Assembly (NCBI GenBank): GCA_036506395.1
Contig: DASXRU010000073.1
Location: forward strand, 2,960 to 66,959
Length of the DNA stretch: 64,000 bases
Reading direction: 5' to 3'
Source of the DNA: Pyrinomonadaceae bacterium
GTDB taxonomy: Bacteria > Acidobacteriota > Blastocatellia > Pyrinomonadales > Pyrinomonadaceae
Part shown: one piece after another, positions 62,316 to 64,000 of the stretch
Layout of the letters: each line of letters opens with the position of its first letter
Numbering within the stretch: position 1 is the first letter of the stretch
Notes under the pieces: model-generated
Database searches by the model: none
What the model was told of the DNA's origin: nothing
What the model saw: only the letters and a program-made list of their open reading frames with translations
Translations under genes and position numbers: made by a program

Positions 62316-62949
62316 GACTTTCCCCCTGTGTCCCCTCTGCGAGGAAACGAATAAGTTCGGGGTGCGCAAAAAACCGGCTAACCAGATTGGATTTAGCTCC
62401 AAAGCATGTTGCCTCGTTGCTTACCCGCGTCCCGGAAACTGTGAAGTCCTCACCGAAACTGATGTGTTCGCAGTTGCCGACAACCTTCGCGGTCCAACCT
62501 CCGGTGCCGTGCCAGGTTTCACCGTCGCGTTGGCTGTCAAGGCCAGCATTGACGAACACGTTGCAACCGGGCCGGGGTGAATACTTCGCGCTGCACAAAG
62601 CTCCGATCTCGTTGTCGTCGGCATTTGCCGAGCAATTAAGTGACTTGATCGCCAGGTCAGGTATGATCAGCTCGCCGGGGCACATTTCCGCCGTGGTCAC
62701 GTCAGTTGCTACCAACGCGCCAGTCTCGTGGTCGCGATAAGCGACAGTCACTTTCCAGGTTCCGCGCCAGGACTCTGGCATCTTTTCGTCATCAGCCTTG
62801 CCGGCTTCCTTTTGATTCGTCTGTTGGTTTAGTGCGCTATCGTCGACGCTATCGACCTTCCGCTGTTGGGCCTGTGGAAAGCCCACGCCGACTAAAAGCG
62901 ACCCTGCGACGGCAATGATCAAAAGTGAAAAGAAAACAGTTCGTTTCAT
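62302..62949 (-). CDS. Secreted hypothetical protein
   Basis: Signal peptide MKRTVFFSLLIIAVAGSLLV. Six Cys residues. Its stop overlaps the next start (ATGACAAAAAATAA). Confidence 0.45.
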   Translation of the reverse strand: MKRTVFFSLLIIAVAGSLLVGVGFPQAQQRKVDSVDDSALNQQTNQKEAGKADDEKMPESWRGTWKVTVAYRDHETGALVATDVTTAEMCPGELIIPDLAIKSLNCSANADDNEIGALCSAKYSPRPGCNVFVNAGLDSQRDGETWHGTGGWTAKVVGNCEHISFGEDFTVSGTRVSNEATCFGAKSNLVSRFFAHPELIRFLAEGTQGESHDKK

Positions 62950-63072
62950 GTTGCATTCCTCCAGGCCTAAGCTGGCTGCTCCATTCTTTTTCCGGAACCC
63001 ACCCCGCTATCCCGACGAGTCGGGATACTGAGCTCATGAGATCGCACCTGTCGCAAATCACACTGGGTCAAT

Positions 63073-64000
63073 TCATTTGAAGGCCATGCCATGCGGTCGC
63101 GCCGGCCCGGTCGCAAATGCCGTGTTGAAGTTCAGTTGAAACCTGGAATCGAGCACCAGGTCTTTGTTCGTGACCTTCGCGACATGGACGATGTGATCGC
63201 CTTCAGCATGGACCTTGCCGGCGTCGTCCTCGTTCAGGAAGTAATCCGAGATCACCAGGCGCCTTTCATCATCGGTAAGCGCGATGTAGTGCGGACCGGA
63301 GTTCGCGCCCAGATCGAGAATCTTCAACACCTTCGGACGGCGCGGATTCGAGGTATCAAACATGACCACCTTGCCGGCCATGTTCATCGAGATGAACAAC
63401 CGCTTACCGTCTCTTGTCATGCGCATGAGCTGCGGCCATCCCCCTTTGGCGATGGTCCCGAAGTCAAAGACCGAAGTTGCAGTCCCCTTCTGGGTATCGA
63501 TCAAATAGAGCTGATCGTCAGTCATCCCCGCGGTAAAGGCCCGGGCCATTCCATCTTCAGGAATCAACTTCACATCGATAGTGCCCGCCGGATTTGGGAC
63601 ATTGACTGTGCGCAGGATCTTTCGATTCTTCAGGTCCCACACTCGCACGCTGCCGCGGAGGTCCAGGCCGCCTGGCATCACGTGCAGCGTAGTCGAAGGA
63701 CAAATGAAGTCGCTGGTGACCATCAAATTCATTTCCGGGCGCACTGAGATGCCGTGGGGATTGAAGCCATCCATCGGCGGTGCTTGCGGAAATTCGCCAA
63801 CCAACTGCAGGTCCTTATTGAACTCCGCGACTCTGCCCGGATGTGCTCCTCCAGCGCCGCCCATCATCGTAACCAGGAAGCCTCCGTTAGACAGTGGATA
63901 GAACTCATCCGTGATCGCAGATAGCGGTGGATCGGCTGCCGAGATGAATTTGGGCGCTCCGGGATTGGAAACGTCGAAGAAGAAAACCTCCTTCTGTCCT
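63073..64000 (-). CDS. Selenium-binding protein (SBP56/methanethiol-oxidase family)-like beta-propeller protein; N-terminus lies outside the window
   Basis: The frame stays open from 63867 to the window edge (...VFFFDVSNPGAPKFISAADPP...). GWPQLMRMTRDGKRLFIS resembles GGPQMIQLSLDGKRLYIT of eukaryotic SBP56, and the C-terminal ends are similar. Confidence 0.55.
   Translation of the reverse strand, partial: GQKEVFFFDVSNPGAPKFISAADPPLSAITDEFYPLSNGGFLVTMMGGAGGAHPGRVAEFNKDLQLVGEFPQAPPMDGFNPHGISVRPEMNLMVTSDFICPSTTLHVMPGGLDLRGSVRVWDLKNRKILRTVNVPNPAGTIDVKLIPEDGMARAFTAGMTDDQLYLIDTQKGTATSVFDFGTIAKGGWPQLMRMTRDGKRLFISMNMAGKVVMFDTSNPRRPKVLKILDLGANSGPHYIALTDDERRLVISDYFLNEDDAGKVHAEGDHIVHVAKVTNKDLVLDSRFQLNFNTAFATGPARPHGMAFK

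Overview
All calls below come from reading the sequence and the ORF track by eye. No searches were run, and coordinates were counted by hand.

The window is a GC-rich chromosomal segment of about 55 protein genes. I found no rRNA, tRNA or CRISPR array. The gene content points to an Acidobacteriota-like soil bacterium, but this is inference only. The relevant content is CarboxypepD_reg-type TonB-dependent receptors, a BlaR1-TonB fusion, several ECF sigma/anti-sigma pairs, TPR/CHAT proteins and dense intergenic hairpin repeats.

**Main blocks**
- **1-2.4 kb:** a DinB-like gene, an ArsR regulator with a decayed rhodanese gene, and a DUF2231 gene.
- **2.5-11.9 kb:** a respiratory selenocysteine formate dehydrogenase locus. 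Its order is nfu, fdhE, fdnG (in-frame UGA at 4604 with a SECIS-like hairpin), fdnH, fdnI, a porin-like outer-membrane protein, a small ORF and a mobB-like gene.
- **12.1-16.9 kb:** sodC, plus an orphan Cys-rich exported protein that sits in long non-coding flanks.
- **16.9-22.1 kb:** a sigma-54 two-component system followed by envelope genes.
- **22.5-32.2 kb:** housekeeping genes (PBP, rnc, lepB, yihY-like, DUF2891) and a cold-shock-type cluster of an RRM protein, a DEAD-box helicase and infA.
- **33.4-38.6 kb:** a TonB-dependent receptor, BlaI, and a BlaR1(M56)-TonB_C-PepSY fusion.
- **39.7-46.9 kb:** a repeat-dense stretch. It holds a 306-bp MITE with perfect terminal inverted repeats and a target-site duplication, a divergent diadenylate-cyclase-fold gene bracketed by repeats, a 6-TM protein, a TPR protein, and an ECF sigma/anti-sigma/mini-secretin trio.
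- **46.9-64 kb:** serine hydrolase, PAP2 phosphatase, hybrid kinase, four uncharacterised envelope genes, an apparently exported TPR-CHAT protease convergent with a sigma/anti-sigma pair, a frameshifted DsrH-like gene, an Ig/PKD repeat protein, and a partial SBP56-like gene.

**Best candidates for something new**
- The repeat-bracketed DAC-like cassette at 40.0-42.5 kb.
- The exported TPR-CHAT protease with its sigma/anti-sigma module at 54.4-60.2 kb.
- The ECF sigma/anti-sigma/mini-secretin trio at 44.4-46.8 kb.

None of these can be proven from sequence alone.
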